Both the position numbers and the translations under genes were made by a program. A DNA stretch of 64,000 bases from an uncultured Aquiluna sp. Its GTDB lineage: Bacteria > Actinomycetota > Actinomycetes > Actinomycetales > Microbacteriaceae. This document shows positions 19,212 to 29,301 of this stretch, piece after piece (the stretch's first letter is position 1; each line of letters begins with the position of its first letter). The notes under the pieces were generated by a model. It was not told where the DNA came from, did no database searches, and saw nothing but the letters and a program-made list of their open reading frames with translations. Where the stretch lies: contig CAJYLB010000001.1 of NCBI GenBank assembly GCA_913775595.1, positions 558,001 through 622,000 on the forward strand, read 5' to 3'.

Positions 19212-20352
19212 CGCTAAAGTCCCAATCTGGAGGGACGTCAGGGTCCTAAGGTGGCTCTTCCAGATAGCAGTTCTGGCCATTGTGGGCCTCATTCTTTATT
19301 GGATCTGGGGTAACTACCAGACCAACGTTGAGCGCAGCAGCGTTCAAACAGATCTTCGTTTCCTCGACAACCCGGCAAGCTTCACGATTCCCGGCAATGA
19401 TTTTGACCAGAGCTCTCCAGTAAGAGCCGCATTCGTTCAGGGTTTCCTAAATACGATTCAAGTCGCGATAGTCGGCATCTTTTTTGCAACCATTTTGGGA
19501 ACCCTCGTAGGTATCGCAAGACTTTCAAAGAACTTGGTCGTGCGCTCGATAGCGGCCGCTTACGTGGAGGTCATTAGAAACCTGCCACTTCTTCTGCTGC
19601 TTACGTTTATGAACCTGGCGGTAGTCCTGCAGACATTCCCGCGAATCGAAGACGCGTGGAAGCCGCTGGATCTCTTTGTCATTTCCAATCGCGGCATTGC
19701 AATCCCTTGGTTTGAAGGAAGTGCGGGGCAGCTGAGTCTGCTAATTCTCGCTGGTTTGGCTGCCGCTTTTTTGGTTGTAAAGGTGGAGCGCAGCCGGGCC
19801 GACAAGACGGGGCGTCGATCCAGGGGTCTGCTTTTTGGGACCGTGGCCCTACTTTCGCTGCCGATTATCGGGTGGCTGGTTCTTGGTTACAGTTGGACTC
19901 TTCCATTTGTGGATGGAAGAGGGACCTCAGGAGGGCTCCGACTAGATCCATCGTTCTTTGCCCTGATTGTGGCTCTGGTTGTATACACGAGCAGCCACAT
20001 TGCCGAAATTGTGCGGGGTTCAATCCTTGCCGTACCAAAGGGTCAGGGAGAGGCAGCGGATGCACTTGCCCTGAGTGGTTCGCAGAAGATGCGAATTATC
20101 ATCCTCCCCCAAGCATTTCGAGTCGCAATGCCTGCTCTGGGTAATCAATACCTGAACCTCATCAAGAACTCCTCGCTAGGCGCGACCATCAGCTACTTCG
20201 AGCTAACCCAGATTGCTCAAATTACAGTTGGTAATGGAAGTCCGGCCGTGCCCGCCTTCACCTTGACCCTGCTTGTCTACCTGTCGATTTCTCTGTTCAC
20301 CTCTCTCTTTGTGAACTACTTCAACCGAAGATTGGCTTTGGTAGAGCGATGA
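19189..20352 (+). CDS. aapQ: Amino acid ABC transporter permease (AapQ/BztB-like)
   Basis: Multi-TM; GFLNT, ARLS.N, YVE..RNLPLL, AEIVRGSILAVPKGQ.EAA.AL and NQYLNL.KNSSL. Confidence 0.9.
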   Translation: MSSLPSAPAKVPIWRDVRVLRWLFQIAVLAIVGLILYWIWGNYQTNVERSSVQTDLRFLDNPASFTIPGNDFDQSSPVRAAFVQGFLNTIQVAIVGIFFATILGTLVGIARLSKNLVVRSIAAAYVEVIRNLPLLLLLTFMNLAVVLQTFPRIEDAWKPLDLFVISNRGIAIPWFEGSAGQLSLLILAGLAAAFLVVKVERSRADKTGRRSRGLLFGTVALLSLPIIGWLVLGYSWTLPFVDGRGTSGGLRLDPSFFALIVALVVYTSSHIAEIVRGSILAVPKGQGEAADALALSGSQKMRIIILPQAFRVAMPALGNQYLNLIKNSSLGATISYFELTQIAQITVGNGSPAVPAFTLTLLVYLSISLFTSLFVNYFNRRLALVER

Positions 20353-21536
20353 TTGCCTGGCTGAGAAGAAACCTGTTCAGGACCTGGTGGGACTCCATAA
20401 TGACCCTGGTTTTTGGCTATGTCGGGTTATGGGTCATCTGGACAGTAATTGAGTTCGTCTTTGTAACCGGGCGCTGGGAGATTATTCAGGTAAACCTAAA
20501 GCTTCTGCTCGTTGGAAGATTCCCGGATGAGCTGATGTGGCTTGTGGGGGCATCTGTGACAGCACTTGCCTTCTGGGTCGCAGGGGTTGCTGGAGGGGCC
20601 AAGGTCGACCCAAACGACATTCAGTCGCTCCCCCAAAAACTCCTTGATTACACTCGCAGATTTGGCCTGATCGTTGGACTCGCCGGACTTCTTATCTTCC
20701 TTGCAGCAGACGTGGCTGCCCTACTGCTCGCACTTCAGGTGCTGGGTGGCGTGGTGGCTGGAAGACTGATTGGCAGTCTCAGGCGCAAGCTGAAGGTGAT
20801 TTCGGCAATCCCAGGAATTATTTGGCATCCAATGCTCGGTTCACCCGCGATTGCACTAGTCCTGTTAACCCTCATGGAGTCAACTCTCGAAGAGTGGGGC
20901 GGCTTCCTAATTAACTTCTACATGGCAGTGATAAGTATTGTGCTGTGTTTCCCCCTTGGCGTTTTGCTCGCTTTGGGAAGAAGATCCTCTTTCCCGATTA
21001 TCAGACTCGTCACTACCACCTACATCGAGCTGATTAGGGGTGCGCCACTGTTTGTGCTGCTGCTTTTGGCGGGCGTGGCTCTAGAGTTCTTTATTCCACC
21101 CTCAATAGCCCCAGACGCCATCTTTAGGGGCGTAACGGTATTTACCCTGTTCACTGCCGCATACCTGGCTGAAATTGTCCGGGGAGGGCTGCAGTCGATT
21201 CCTAAGGGGCAAACCGAAGCAGGGAAAGCCCTGGGCCTTAGCACCACGAAGATCACCTATCTGATCACCATGCCACAGGCGCTTAGAAATGTGATCCCTG
21301 CGCAGATTGGACAGTTCATCTCACTGTTCAAGGACACCACGCTCGCTGGTGCGGCACTGAATATTCTTGATGTTCTAAACGTTGGAACAGCAATCACGAA
21401 GCAGCAAGACTTCTTAGGCCAGGGGCTCATCTATGAGGCCCTGGCCTTTGTGGCGCTGCTGTTCTGGGTCGGCTCCTACGTCATGAGCCGTGAGAGCCAG
21501 AGACTAGAAAAGAGACTGGGAGTTGGTGTGCGATGA
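20349..21536 (+). CDS. aapM: Amino acid ABC transporter permease (AapM/BztC-like)
   Basis: [43 protein letters not shown] and FISLFKDT. Confidence 0.9.
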   Translation: MIAWLRRNLFRTWWDSIMTLVFGYVGLWVIWTVIEFVFVTGRWEIIQVNLKLLLVGRFPDELMWLVGASVTALAFWVAGVAGGAKVDPNDIQSLPQKLLDYTRRFGLIVGLAGLLIFLAADVAALLLALQVLGGVVAGRLIGSLRRKLKVISAIPGIIWHPMLGSPAIALVLLTLMESTLEEWGGFLINFYMAVISIVLCFPLGVLLALGRRSSFPIIRLVTTTYIELIRGAPLFVLLLLAGVALEFFIPPSIAPDAIFRGVTVFTLFTAAYLAEIVRGGLQSIPKGQTEAGKALGLSTTKITYLITMPQALRNVIPAQIGQFISLFKDTTLAGAALNILDVLNVGTAITKQQDFLGQGLIYEALAFVALLFWVGSYVMSRESQRLEKRLGVGVR

Positions 21537-22318
21537 GCAAAGAAGTCTTCAAGGACGCAATGCGTATGTCTGGGGATCGCTCCTCAGAAGATGCGATAGT
21601 CACAATGGAAGGCGTTTATAAGCGCTTCAAGGACTTTGAGGCCCTGAAGGACATCAATTTCCAAGTAGGCAAGCAAGAGGTTGTTGTTGTCATTGGCCCA
21701 AGTGGTTCGGGTAAGTCAACACTGATCAGGTGCATCAATCGCCTTGAGGAACACGACGACGGCCGGATTATCGTGGACGGCACCGAGCTCACCACGGACG
21801 TTCGCAACATTCAAGAGATTCGCAAAGAGACCGGCATGGTCTTCCAGAGCTTTAATCTCTTTCCTCACCTCACAGTGCTTGCGAACATTGCTCTTGCGCC
21901 ACGGCAGGTCAGAGGAGTGCCCAAGGGCGAAGCCGAGCAACTTGCCAGAGAACTGCTCGAACGAGTAAAGATTCCAGAGCAGGCCGATAAGTACCCTGCC
22001 CAGCTCTCAGGAGGTCAGCAGCAGCGCGTTGCGATTGCGCGATCATTGGCCATGAAACCCAAGGTAATGCTGTTTGATGAGCCGACCTCCGCGCTGGACC
22101 CAGAAATGATTAACGAGGTATTGGACGCAATCAAGCAGCTAGCCAAAGAGGGAATGACTATGGTCGTGGTGACCCACGAGATGGGCTTTGCCAAAGAGGT
22201 AGCTGACCGAGTCGTCTTCATGGCAGACGGTGAGATTGTTGAGGTCGGCACCCCAGCCGAGATTTTCGACAGCCCTCAGGAAGAGCGCACTAAGAAGTTC
22301 CTGGCTCAGATTCTCTAG
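21533..22318 (+). CDS. aapP: Amino acid ABC transporter ATP-binding protein (AapP/BztD-like)
   Basis: [34 protein letters not shown] and VTHEMGFA. Confidence 0.93.
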   Translation: MSKEVFKDAMRMSGDRSSEDAIVTMEGVYKRFKDFEALKDINFQVGKQEVVVVIGPSGSGKSTLIRCINRLEEHDDGRIIVDGTELTTDVRNIQEIRKETGMVFQSFNLFPHLTVLANIALAPRQVRGVPKGEAEQLARELLERVKIPEQADKYPAQLSGGQQQRVAIARSLAMKPKVMLFDEPTSALDPEMINEVLDAIKQLAKEGMTMVVVTHEMGFAKEVADRVVFMADGEIVEVGTPAEIFDSPQEERTKKFLAQIL

Positions 22319-24915
22319 TCCTGGAACAGGACCATAGTTGTTTGGCCTGCTACCTCAGCAGCGCCTGTAACCTCACCCAAGGCGGTGGTTCCCGACCTCT
22401 CCCCCTCAACTGCGATGCTCCAGCTTCCCGCAGGAAGATCAACCGAAACAGAGGCCTCGTTTGGATTGTGGATAACGACAATCTTCGACCAGGAATCCCC
22501 AGCTGACTTGCCATCTAATTCATATGCAATCACCGAGGTTGGGCCAAAGAATTCAAGGTTTCGCTTCACAGCACTCGCGGTCCTCATCCGGAATGCCGGA
22601 TGTTCCTTACGCAGCTCTATCAACCCCTTGAAGTAATCAACTGTGGTGATATTTTTGGGACGCTCAGCCCAACGTAGGGCATTGACAGAATCTGGAGACT
22701 TGTAGCTGTTTTCGTCTCCGTCCTTACTGCGCTCAAACTCCTGACCAGCATGAATAAATGCGATGCCTTGCGCCAAGAGCGCTATTGAGCTTGCGAACCT
22801 ATGAATTCTGCCGAGATCGTCTTCAGAAGCCCCTGGGACACTGGCGACAAGTTTGTCGTGGAGGGTGAGGTTGTCATGGGCCTCCACGTAGCTAACGGAC
22901 TGCGAGGGAGCTATTTCACCCCACTGGCCGCCAATGCCGCCACCGAAGTTGATCTGCCCCACAATGCCCTCCATGACCTGGTTGCGAGCTGAGGTCTTAG
23001 CCGTGGCCCAGCCATTGTCGCTGGAGTTGAAGACAGATCCCTTGATGCCGTCTCTAATGCCGTCATTGAAATGCGCAATTCCAGGCATCTGATAAGCATT
23101 GAGCTGGTTTGCCTTGAGCTCGGAATCAAGAATGTTCCCCATGTTCCAGCCCTCGCCAATGATGATGAAGGTTGGATCAATCTTGCTGACCTCTGCACGA
23201 ATCTGATTCATGGTCTCCACATCGTGAATACCCATAAGGTCAAAGCGGAACCCGCCTAGGCCATACTCCTTGGCCCAGAAGGTTGCACTCTCAACAATGA
23301 ACTTGCGCACCATTGAACGCTCCGATGCGACCTCGTTGCCGACTCCGGTTCCGTTTGCCCAGCTGCCGTCAGAGTTCGTCCGGAAGTAATAACCGGGGAC
23401 AATTTTCTGGAAACTGTGTGTGGTGACGTCGTAGACGTGGTTGTAGACCACATCCATGATGACCCTTATGCCACGTTCGTTCAGGTACTTGATTGCCGTT
23501 TTTAGCTCAAGTATCCGGTTGACCGGATCGTAGGGGTCCGTCGCGTAACTTCCCTCCGGCACGTTGTAGTTCAACGGGTCGTAACCCCAATTGAACTGAT
23601 CGTTTCGCGTCTCGTCGATCGATGCGTAGTCGTAGATTGGTATTAGCTGAAGGTGTGTGATGCCTAGCTCAGCTATTGCGTCAATACCGGTTGGATTTGC
23701 AGCTGAACCTGTCCCCTCCTCGGTTAGTGAGATGAACTTTCCAGGGTTGCTAATTCCACTGGATTCATTCATGCCTAGATCTCTCACGTGTAGCTCGTAA
23801 ATAACAGCATCGGTTGGATTGCCGCTAAATGGGGCTCTCTGCGCCCTCCAGCCGGTTGGATTGGTCCTTGTCAGGTCAACAATGACGCCCCGCTGCCCGT
23901 TCACCGTAGCGGCATAGACGTAAGGATCAACTGCCTCAGTCTTCTTTGTCCCGAAGAAGACCTCATAGTTGTATACCGTTAGGTGTTGGTCACCGGTTAG
24001 TCGATGCTCCCAAGTTCCATTTGGCCCCTTGGACATAGGTATCCTCATGTCCAAGCCGCCCTCAGTTGACTTATAAATCAATAGGTTCACGTCTGAGGCG
24101 GTTGGCGCCCAAACTCTAAGCGTGGTTGCGGTGCGCGAGTAGATTGGCCCCAGCTCACCATCAAAGTGGTAGAGCTCGGCAAATGCCTCTGAGCCAAACA
24201 CTCGACCTGGCACCAAAGATCTCGCGCCAAAGTACTGACTCGTTACCTGGTAGCTCTGGCCCAGATCTATGTCTTGCGCAAGCTCAATCACGAGCTCAGA
24301 GGAAACTGGGTTTACAAACTTTGATTTGAGCACTCCAGGGATCTTTGCTCCATCTTGTGAAACCACGAATATGAAGTCCTCTGCGACAGCCGCAGTGTCG
24401 ACCTTCTCATTTGTGGTGATGCTTATCTCCCGCAGGGAATCAATGCTGGCACCTAGGAACTTGGGTCCGGTCTCAGGTTCTTCGTAGTAGATTTCCGACT
24501 CTCCTTGGACCAACCAAATCTCGGCGACGCCAGATTCATCAAATTGACTCACAAACCGATCTTCGGCCACATCTTTTGCCCAATCATTTGTTCGCACGAT
24601 GATGCCTACGCTCGCGACATCTGCGGTGTCTGGAACTGTGGCCCTAGCAACAACACCGAACTCGTCTTCCTCGGTGAACTCATAAACAGCACCCTCAGCG
24701 CCCTCTGGCCAGAGCCACAGGTTCCATGGGTCGTACTCACCGTCATAACGGAGGTAGTGAACGATAAGGGTCTTGTCCTGGGTTTCAGGAGAGGCTTGCT
24801 CGGATGCCGAGGGTGTGGGTTGCTGAGCAGATGGAGTAGGTGCAGGAGCCACGCAGCCCGCGAGCAAAACTAGAACCAAACCAAATAGCCCAAGATGTCT
24901 TACCGTCTTCGACAT
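22315..24915 (-). CDS. pulA: Type I pullulanase (GH13) lipoprotein with N-terminal CBM41-like domain
   Basis: Lipobox LAGC, Pro/Ser/Thr linker, VHY.R.DG.Y..WNLW.W (CBM41-like), RVWAPTA, NWGYDP, MDVVYNH; catalytic [12 protein letters not shown] and YVEAHDN. Confidence 0.92.
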   Translation of the reverse strand: MSKTVRHLGLFGLVLVLLAGCVAPAPTPSAQQPTPSASEQASPETQDKTLIVHYLRYDGEYDPWNLWLWPEGAEGAVYEFTEEDEFGVVARATVPDTADVASVGIIVRTNDWAKDVAEDRFVSQFDESGVAEIWLVQGESEIYYEEPETGPKFLGASIDSLREISITTNEKVDTAAVAEDFIFVVSQDGAKIPGVLKSKFVNPVSSELVIELAQDIDLGQSYQVTSQYFGARSLVPGRVFGSEAFAELYHFDGELGPIYSRTATTLRVWAPTASDVNLLIYKSTEGGLDMRIPMSKGPNGTWEHRLTGDQHLTVYNYEVFFGTKKTEAVDPYVYAATVNGQRGVIVDLTRTNPTGWRAQRAPFSGNPTDAVIYELHVRDLGMNESSGISNPGKFISLTEEGTGSAANPTGIDAIAELGITHLQLIPIYDYASIDETRNDQFNWGYDPLNYNVPEGSYATDPYDPVNRILELKTAIKYLNERGIRVIMDVVYNHVYDVTTHSFQKIVPGYYFRTNSDGSWANGTGVGNEVASERSMVRKFIVESATFWAKEYGLGGFRFDLMGIHDVETMNQIRAEVSKIDPTFIIIGEGWNMGNILDSELKANQLNAYQMPGIAHFNDGIRDGIKGSVFNSSDNGWATAKTSARNQVMEGIVGQINFGGGIGGQWGEIAPSQSVSYVEAHDNLTLHDKLVASVPGASEDDLGRIHRFASSIALLAQGIAFIHAGQEFERSKDGDENSYKSPDSVNALRWAERPKNITTVDYFKGLIELRKEHPAFRMRTASAVKRNLEFFGPTSVIAYELDGKSAGDSWSKIVVIHNPNEASVSVDLPAGSWSIAVEGERSGTTALGEVTGAAEVAGQTTMVLFQD

Positions 24916-24945
24916 GCCTCTCCCCTTTGAGAACAATTTAGATCG

Positions 24946-25019
24946 TGGGGCGTGCGGGACTTGAACCCGCGACCGACGGATTATGAGTCCGCTGCTCTAA
25001 CCGGCTGAGCTAACGCCCC
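24946..25019 (-). tRNA. tRNA with CAT anticodon, most likely tRNA-Ile2 (lysidine type)
   Basis: GGGGCGTTAGCTCAGCCGGTTAGAGCA GCGGA-CTCATAA-TCCGT ... GGTTCAAGTCC. G1-C72 is paired and there is no GGG/CCC anticodon stem, so it is not the initiator. The pattern resembles Ile2; elongator Met is not fully excluded. Confidence 0.88.
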
Positions 25020-25066
25020 CAGCCAGTGACGAGTTTACCCGCCACTGGGCCAACCAGCTCCACGCT

Positions 25067-26029
25067 CTAGAGGAGGTTTGGTATCTTCTGCTCAGCTGCG
25101 AGGTTTGCCCTTCTGAAGACCAGGGTCACTGCCGTAGAAATCAGCACAATAAACAGTGAATAGAGCGCTGGGACCAACAGGATCTGGTCGATGCCTGGGT
25201 TATCGATGTAAACGGCGATAATCACGGCAATAGCCAGCGGACCGTTGTTAATACCCGTCTCGAGCGCTACTGTGCGAGCGTTCATTGGGTGCATGCGGAA
25301 GAGCTTCGTTAGGTAGTAGGCAACCGTGATACCGACAAGCCCCATACCTATCGCAACAGCGTAGGTTGGCCACTCTGTCGTCATCAGAAGCTGCCAGTTC
25401 CTTGGCACCCAGATGATGATGAGGAATGGGATAAACAACAGACCCAAAGCCCCACCAATGAGCTCCAAGACAGCGCCGATGTTTGCACTGAGGCGCCTGA
25501 TTAGCATGCCCAGACCGACTGGAACTATAAGTCCAAATATCACGAGGGCAAGCTCGCTGAATTCGATGCTGAGGGACTCGTCCAGCCCGAGGAAGTTGGA
25601 GTATAGGAACAGTGCTGCCGGGGTCATTATGAAGGCCCAAAGTGTCGAATTCACCGTCATCGTCACGCTCAAAGCCAAGTTTCCCTTTGAAAAGTATGTG
25701 AAAAGGTTTGAGGTTGTTCCGGCCGGGACGCTTCCCATAATCAGCGCTCCCAGGGCCACAAGAATCATTCCCTCGGTCGAAGAGAAGGGTAGGAGCACAG
25801 AGATGATTAGCAGGTAAGTCACTAGCGGCATGATGCCAAACTGAGTCAGCCAACCTATGACAAGTCCCCAGGGTCGCCTTAGGGCAAGCCCAAAGTCCTT
25901 GGGAGTAAGTCCGGCACCTAGACCGAACATAATTGTCACCACGAAGATGCGAAGCAGCAGCTCCTCAAACTCGTTGACAACAGTTGCTGCGTTGGCAGTC
26001 TCGTCTGCCAGGATCATTAGTTCCATCAT
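25067..26029 (-). CDS. Bile acid:sodium symporter (BASS) family transporter
   Basis: MFGLG..L...DF, QFGIMPL, PAGTTSNLFTY..KGNLALSV.MT and TVALETGINN motifs. Confidence 0.9.
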   Translation of the reverse strand: MMELMILADETANAATVVNEFEELLLRIFVVTIMFGLGAGLTPKDFGLALRRPWGLVIGWLTQFGIMPLVTYLLIISVLLPFSSTEGMILVALGALIMGSVPAGTTSNLFTYFSKGNLALSVTMTVNSTLWAFIMTPAALFLYSNFLGLDESLSIEFSELALVIFGLIVPVGLGMLIRRLSANIGAVLELIGGALGLLFIPFLIIIWVPRNWQLLMTTEWPTYAVAIGMGLVGITVAYYLTKLFRMHPMNARTVALETGINNGPLAIAVIIAVYIDNPGIDQILLVPALYSLFIVLISTAVTLVFRRANLAAEQKIPNLL

Positions 26030-26031
26030 GG

Positions 26032-27756
26032 CTATGCTCCCTTGCTTGCTTCGCCGGCCTTGGATCCGGCAAGTGCTGAATCCCTGAGTTCTCTGCGAAG
26101 AATCTTTCCGATTGGGCTCTTTGGCAGCTCATCTACGAATGTCACCACGGCTGGGACCTTGTAGGCGGCCATGTGCTCCCTACAGTAGGAGATGATCTCG
26201 TCCCGAGATGGCTCCTGGAGAGAGGAGACGACAAAGGCGGCCACCTTTTCGCCGCTCTTTTCATCAGGGATCCCGATGACGCCAACCTCGGTAACGCCAT
26301 CCATCGCTGCGATGGTCTCCTCAATCTGGTTTGGATAGACGTTGAAACCGCTGACAAGAATCATGTCCTTCTTGCGGTCAACGATTTTGAAGTAACCGTC
26401 CTCGTCCATTTCTCCGATGTCACCGGTGTGAAGCCAACCATCGACGAGGGTTGACTTGGTCTCATCCTCACGTTGCCAGTAGCCCTTCATAATCTGCGGA
26501 CCCTTGGCGACCAACTCTCCCGCCTCGCCCTGCTTGACAGGCTTACCGTTTTCATCAACGCATCGCATGAGGGTCGACGGAACTGGGATTCCAATGGACC
26601 CGACCTTTACCTTGCCACCTAGGGGGTTGAACGAGAGCACAGGCGAAGACTCTGTGAGGCCGTAACCCTCGACAATTGGTGTCCCCGTAACGCTCTGCCA
26701 TTTCTCTGCAACCGACTCGTGCAGCGCCATTCCACCGGCGGCAGAGGCCACAAGGTGCTTTGGAGGGCTATCCGTGAACCATCGCTCATTTAGCAGAGCA
26801 TTGAAAAGGGTATTCACGCCGCTGAGCCATGTGACCTTGTAGTTCTCGAATGCTCGTCGGAGGTTCGAAGGTGGCCTCGGGGTTGGAATAAGGATGTTCC
26901 TGGCGCCCACGTAGTAGAAGCCCAGCAGGTTAACCGTGAAGGCGAAGATGTGATACAGCGGCAAAGCAGTCAGAACAATCTCTTTGCCATCGCGGATGTA
27001 CTTGCCGTTCATTTGAAGCATCTGAATGGTGTTTGCAACCAGGTTCCCGTGGGAAAGCATTGCTCCCTTCGAGACTCCTGTGGTGCCTCCCGTGTACTGG
27101 AGTGCCGCGAGGGACTCACTGTCCATGCCAACCAAGTAATCCTTGCCAGATGCCTTTGCTTTGCCCTTTGCTATCGCATCCCTAAAAAGGGTGTGTGAGA
27201 CCTCGACAGGCGGCAAGGATCTGCTCCAGAATCGCTGGACGCCACGGATAACTTTGTCGACGACCTTCGGGAAATACTCAGAAATTTTGACGGTCACGAC
27301 GGTCTCGATGTTGGTCTTACCGATGACCTCTGGCAACCGATCCGCAAACATGTCGATTACTACAAGCGCCTTTGCACCCGAATCCCGGAACTGGTGGACC
27401 ATTTCGGGGGCGGTGTACAGAGGGTTGGTGTTGACAATGACGCAACCGGCCTTCAGGATGCCAAAGGCTACGACTGGATAGCTCAAACAATTTGGCATTT
27501 GAACGGCAACCCTGTCCCCTTGGGCGAGACCCAGTTCCTCGCGCAAATAGGCCGCAAAATAGTCTGAAAGCTCGTCGACCCTCTCGTATGTTAGGGTGCC
27601 GTTCATTCCATTCGGCATTACCTGTGTGAAGGCCTTCTGCCCGGAGTACTTCTTGGAGGCCTCTGAAAGCATTGAAGGCAGGTGCTGGTGGGGAATCTCG
27701 GGAAGTTCTTTTGCTACCTCTGGCGGGTAGTTGTCAAGCCAAATTGCGTCGGTCAT
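26032..27756 (-). CDS. fadD: Long-chain fatty acid-CoA ligase
   Basis: QYTGGTTGVSKG, EGYGLTE, GWLHTGD, DRKKDMILVSGFNVYP and PKSPIGKILRR. Start ATG 27756 follows the GAAGGAG SD; the longer ORF extension was rejected. Confidence 0.92.
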   Translation of the reverse strand: MTDAIWLDNYPPEVAKELPEIPHQHLPSMLSEASKKYSGQKAFTQVMPNGMNGTLTYERVDELSDYFAAYLREELGLAQGDRVAVQMPNCLSYPVVAFGILKAGCVIVNTNPLYTAPEMVHQFRDSGAKALVVIDMFADRLPEVIGKTNIETVVTVKISEYFPKVVDKVIRGVQRFWSRSLPPVEVSHTLFRDAIAKGKAKASGKDYLVGMDSESLAALQYTGGTTGVSKGAMLSHGNLVANTIQMLQMNGKYIRDGKEIVLTALPLYHIFAFTVNLLGFYYVGARNILIPTPRPPSNLRRAFENYKVTWLSGVNTLFNALLNERWFTDSPPKHLVASAAGGMALHESVAEKWQSVTGTPIVEGYGLTESSPVLSFNPLGGKVKVGSIGIPVPSTLMRCVDENGKPVKQGEAGELVAKGPQIMKGYWQREDETKSTLVDGWLHTGDIGEMDEDGYFKIVDRKKDMILVSGFNVYPNQIEETIAAMDGVTEVGVIGIPDEKSGEKVAAFVVSSLQEPSRDEIISYCREHMAAYKVPAVVTFVDELPKSPIGKILRRELRDSALAGSKAGEASKGA

Positions 27757-27883
27757 GGACTCTCCTTCGTCGACTACCTGGTCCGACGAAGCGCCGGCAC
27801 TGGAGTCTTCTAAGAAAGATTGTAGGCAGAAACCTGCTGGCTCGTAGAGAAACTTGCCATTTGCATTGGCAGAACTGTAGTGA

Positions 27884-29299
27884 CTACTGCCCGCGACGCT
27901 TACGAATCTTCTTGGCCTGTCGCTTGACCTCAGCGCGTAGCTCACCAATTTGCCCAAGAACTCCCTCTCGGACACCCGATAAACGCTCTCTCGCCTCTTG
28001 GCCTATATCCTCAGCTCGCCTGCGCAGGGCCACCGCGTCCTCGCGCCATTCATTTAGACGGGCACGCACAGACTCATTCAGTCTTCCGATAGGCAGCATG
28101 TAGGCAGGTCTGTTGTCGTCCGTCGTTGGCACGGCCTCGCCAATACCCTGGTAGAGGTCTTCGAAGATTTTCAATGTCCGCTCTATGTCATGCGAACGAA
28201 TCAAGTGGAGTGAGTTCTCACTAAGCCTGGCTAGTTCGGCCTTGTCGGCTCCAAGGACCCGTCGGAGCCTATCTGCTAGACGGTCGACATCTCCTGGAGG
28301 GAAGAGGTAGCCGTTGTCCCCGTCGTGAACCAGATGCGGCAGAGCCATTGCGTCAGCTCCAATGACGGGCCTACCGCTGGCCATCGCTTCCATGGTTGCT
28401 ATCGATTGAAGCTCAGCGATTGAGGGCATCACAAATACCGTGCAGCGCTCGTAAATCCCGGGAAGTTCTTGATCGCTGACGTGTCCCAAAAAGCTGACCC
28501 GGTCTGAAATTTCAAGGTTCTCCGCAAGGGCCTTGAGTCTCTCGCGCTCACCTCCGTCGCCGACAAGTTCTACGCGAAGGTTTGGATACTCGGTGAGTTT
28601 TGCAGCAGCTCTGAGCAGGACGTCAATCTTCTTCTCGTCGTCGAGACGGCCGAGGAACAAAGCCACTGGATTTGAATTGCTGGTGGGGGTGTTATTTGCA
28701 AACCTTGAGGCATCGATGCCACAGCTGATCGCGAGGACTCCCCTAACCCCAGCTGCATTTTCGAGAAGTTCCGCTGCGCGCTTCGTCGGTGTTGTCAGAG
28801 CGTCCATTTTCCTAAGGATGCGGCCTGCGTCAGCCCAGATGATCTTCATGGCGAGAGGATGTAAGAAATTTGGTAGTAGCGAATAGCGCATCAAATTCTC
28901 TGGCATTACGTGGTTGGTTGCTATCACCCTTAGTTTTTGCCTACGGGCTGCGCGCAGGGCGAAGCGCCCGACCATAAGGTGGGACTGGATGTGGACCGCA
29001 TGCGGTCTGACCTCTGCGAGCACACCCGCAATCTTTTTCGTCATACCCCAGGGCTCAGGCCAACGAAGAGTCTTGTGCTGCGGAACCTTGTGAGAGCGAA
29101 GGCGGTGAACAATCATGTCCACGCCGTCATGGTTTTCGATCCTTGGCCCCTCCGAGGTATCAAACGCAGGGGCGATGATGTGGACCTCGTGACCCTTTCG
29201 AACGAGCCCTCCCGCTAACCGCTCGGCGAACCGAGCAGCTCCGTTGATGTCTGGGGCAAAGGTGTCACATGGGATGACAATACGAAGTGAACCTGCCAT
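27884..29299 (-). CDS. GT4 (GT-B) glycosyltransferase with C-terminal helical extension
   Basis: DTFAPDINGAARF, TNH.MPEN, LGRLD.EK and ELQSIATMEAMASGRPV. Confidence 0.88.
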   Translation of the reverse strand: MAGSLRIVIPCDTFAPDINGAARFAERLAGGLVRKGHEVHIIAPAFDTSEGPRIENHDGVDMIVHRLRSHKVPQHKTLRWPEPWGMTKKIAGVLAEVRPHAVHIQSHLMVGRFALRAARRQKLRVIATNHVMPENLMRYSLLPNFLHPLAMKIIWADAGRILRKMDALTTPTKRAAELLENAAGVRGVLAISCGIDASRFANNTPTSNSNPVALFLGRLDDEKKIDVLLRAAAKLTEYPNLRVELVGDGGERERLKALAENLEISDRVSFLGHVSDQELPGIYERCTVFVMPSIAELQSIATMEAMASGRPVIGADAMALPHLVHDGDNGYLFPPGDVDRLADRLRRVLGADKAELARLSENSLHLIRSHDIERTLKIFEDLYQGIGEAVPTTDDNRPAYMLPIGRLNESVRARLNEWREDAVALRRRAEDIGQEARERLSGVREGVLGQIGELRAEVKRQAKKIRKRRGQ

Positions 29300-29301
29300 A
29301 A

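Noticed and set aside
15820..25019. Possible tRNA-integrated genomic island or prophage
   Set aside because: No integrase, transposase or phage genes, and no duplicate of the tRNA 3' end was spotted by eye; kept only as a mosaic-block observation
24946..25019. Calling the CAT tRNA initiator tRNA-fMet
   Set aside because: The first base pair is matched (G1-C72) and the anticodon stem lacks three consecutive G-C pairs
25248..25853. 201-aa same-strand alternative-frame ORF inside the BASS gene
   Set aside because: No recognisable motif or SD; long off-frame ORFs are expected at this GC content
27757..27975. 73-aa N-terminal extension of fadD overlapping the GT4 gene
   Set aside because: No ligase-like sequence. 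A strong SD precedes ATG 27756 and family similarity begins there.
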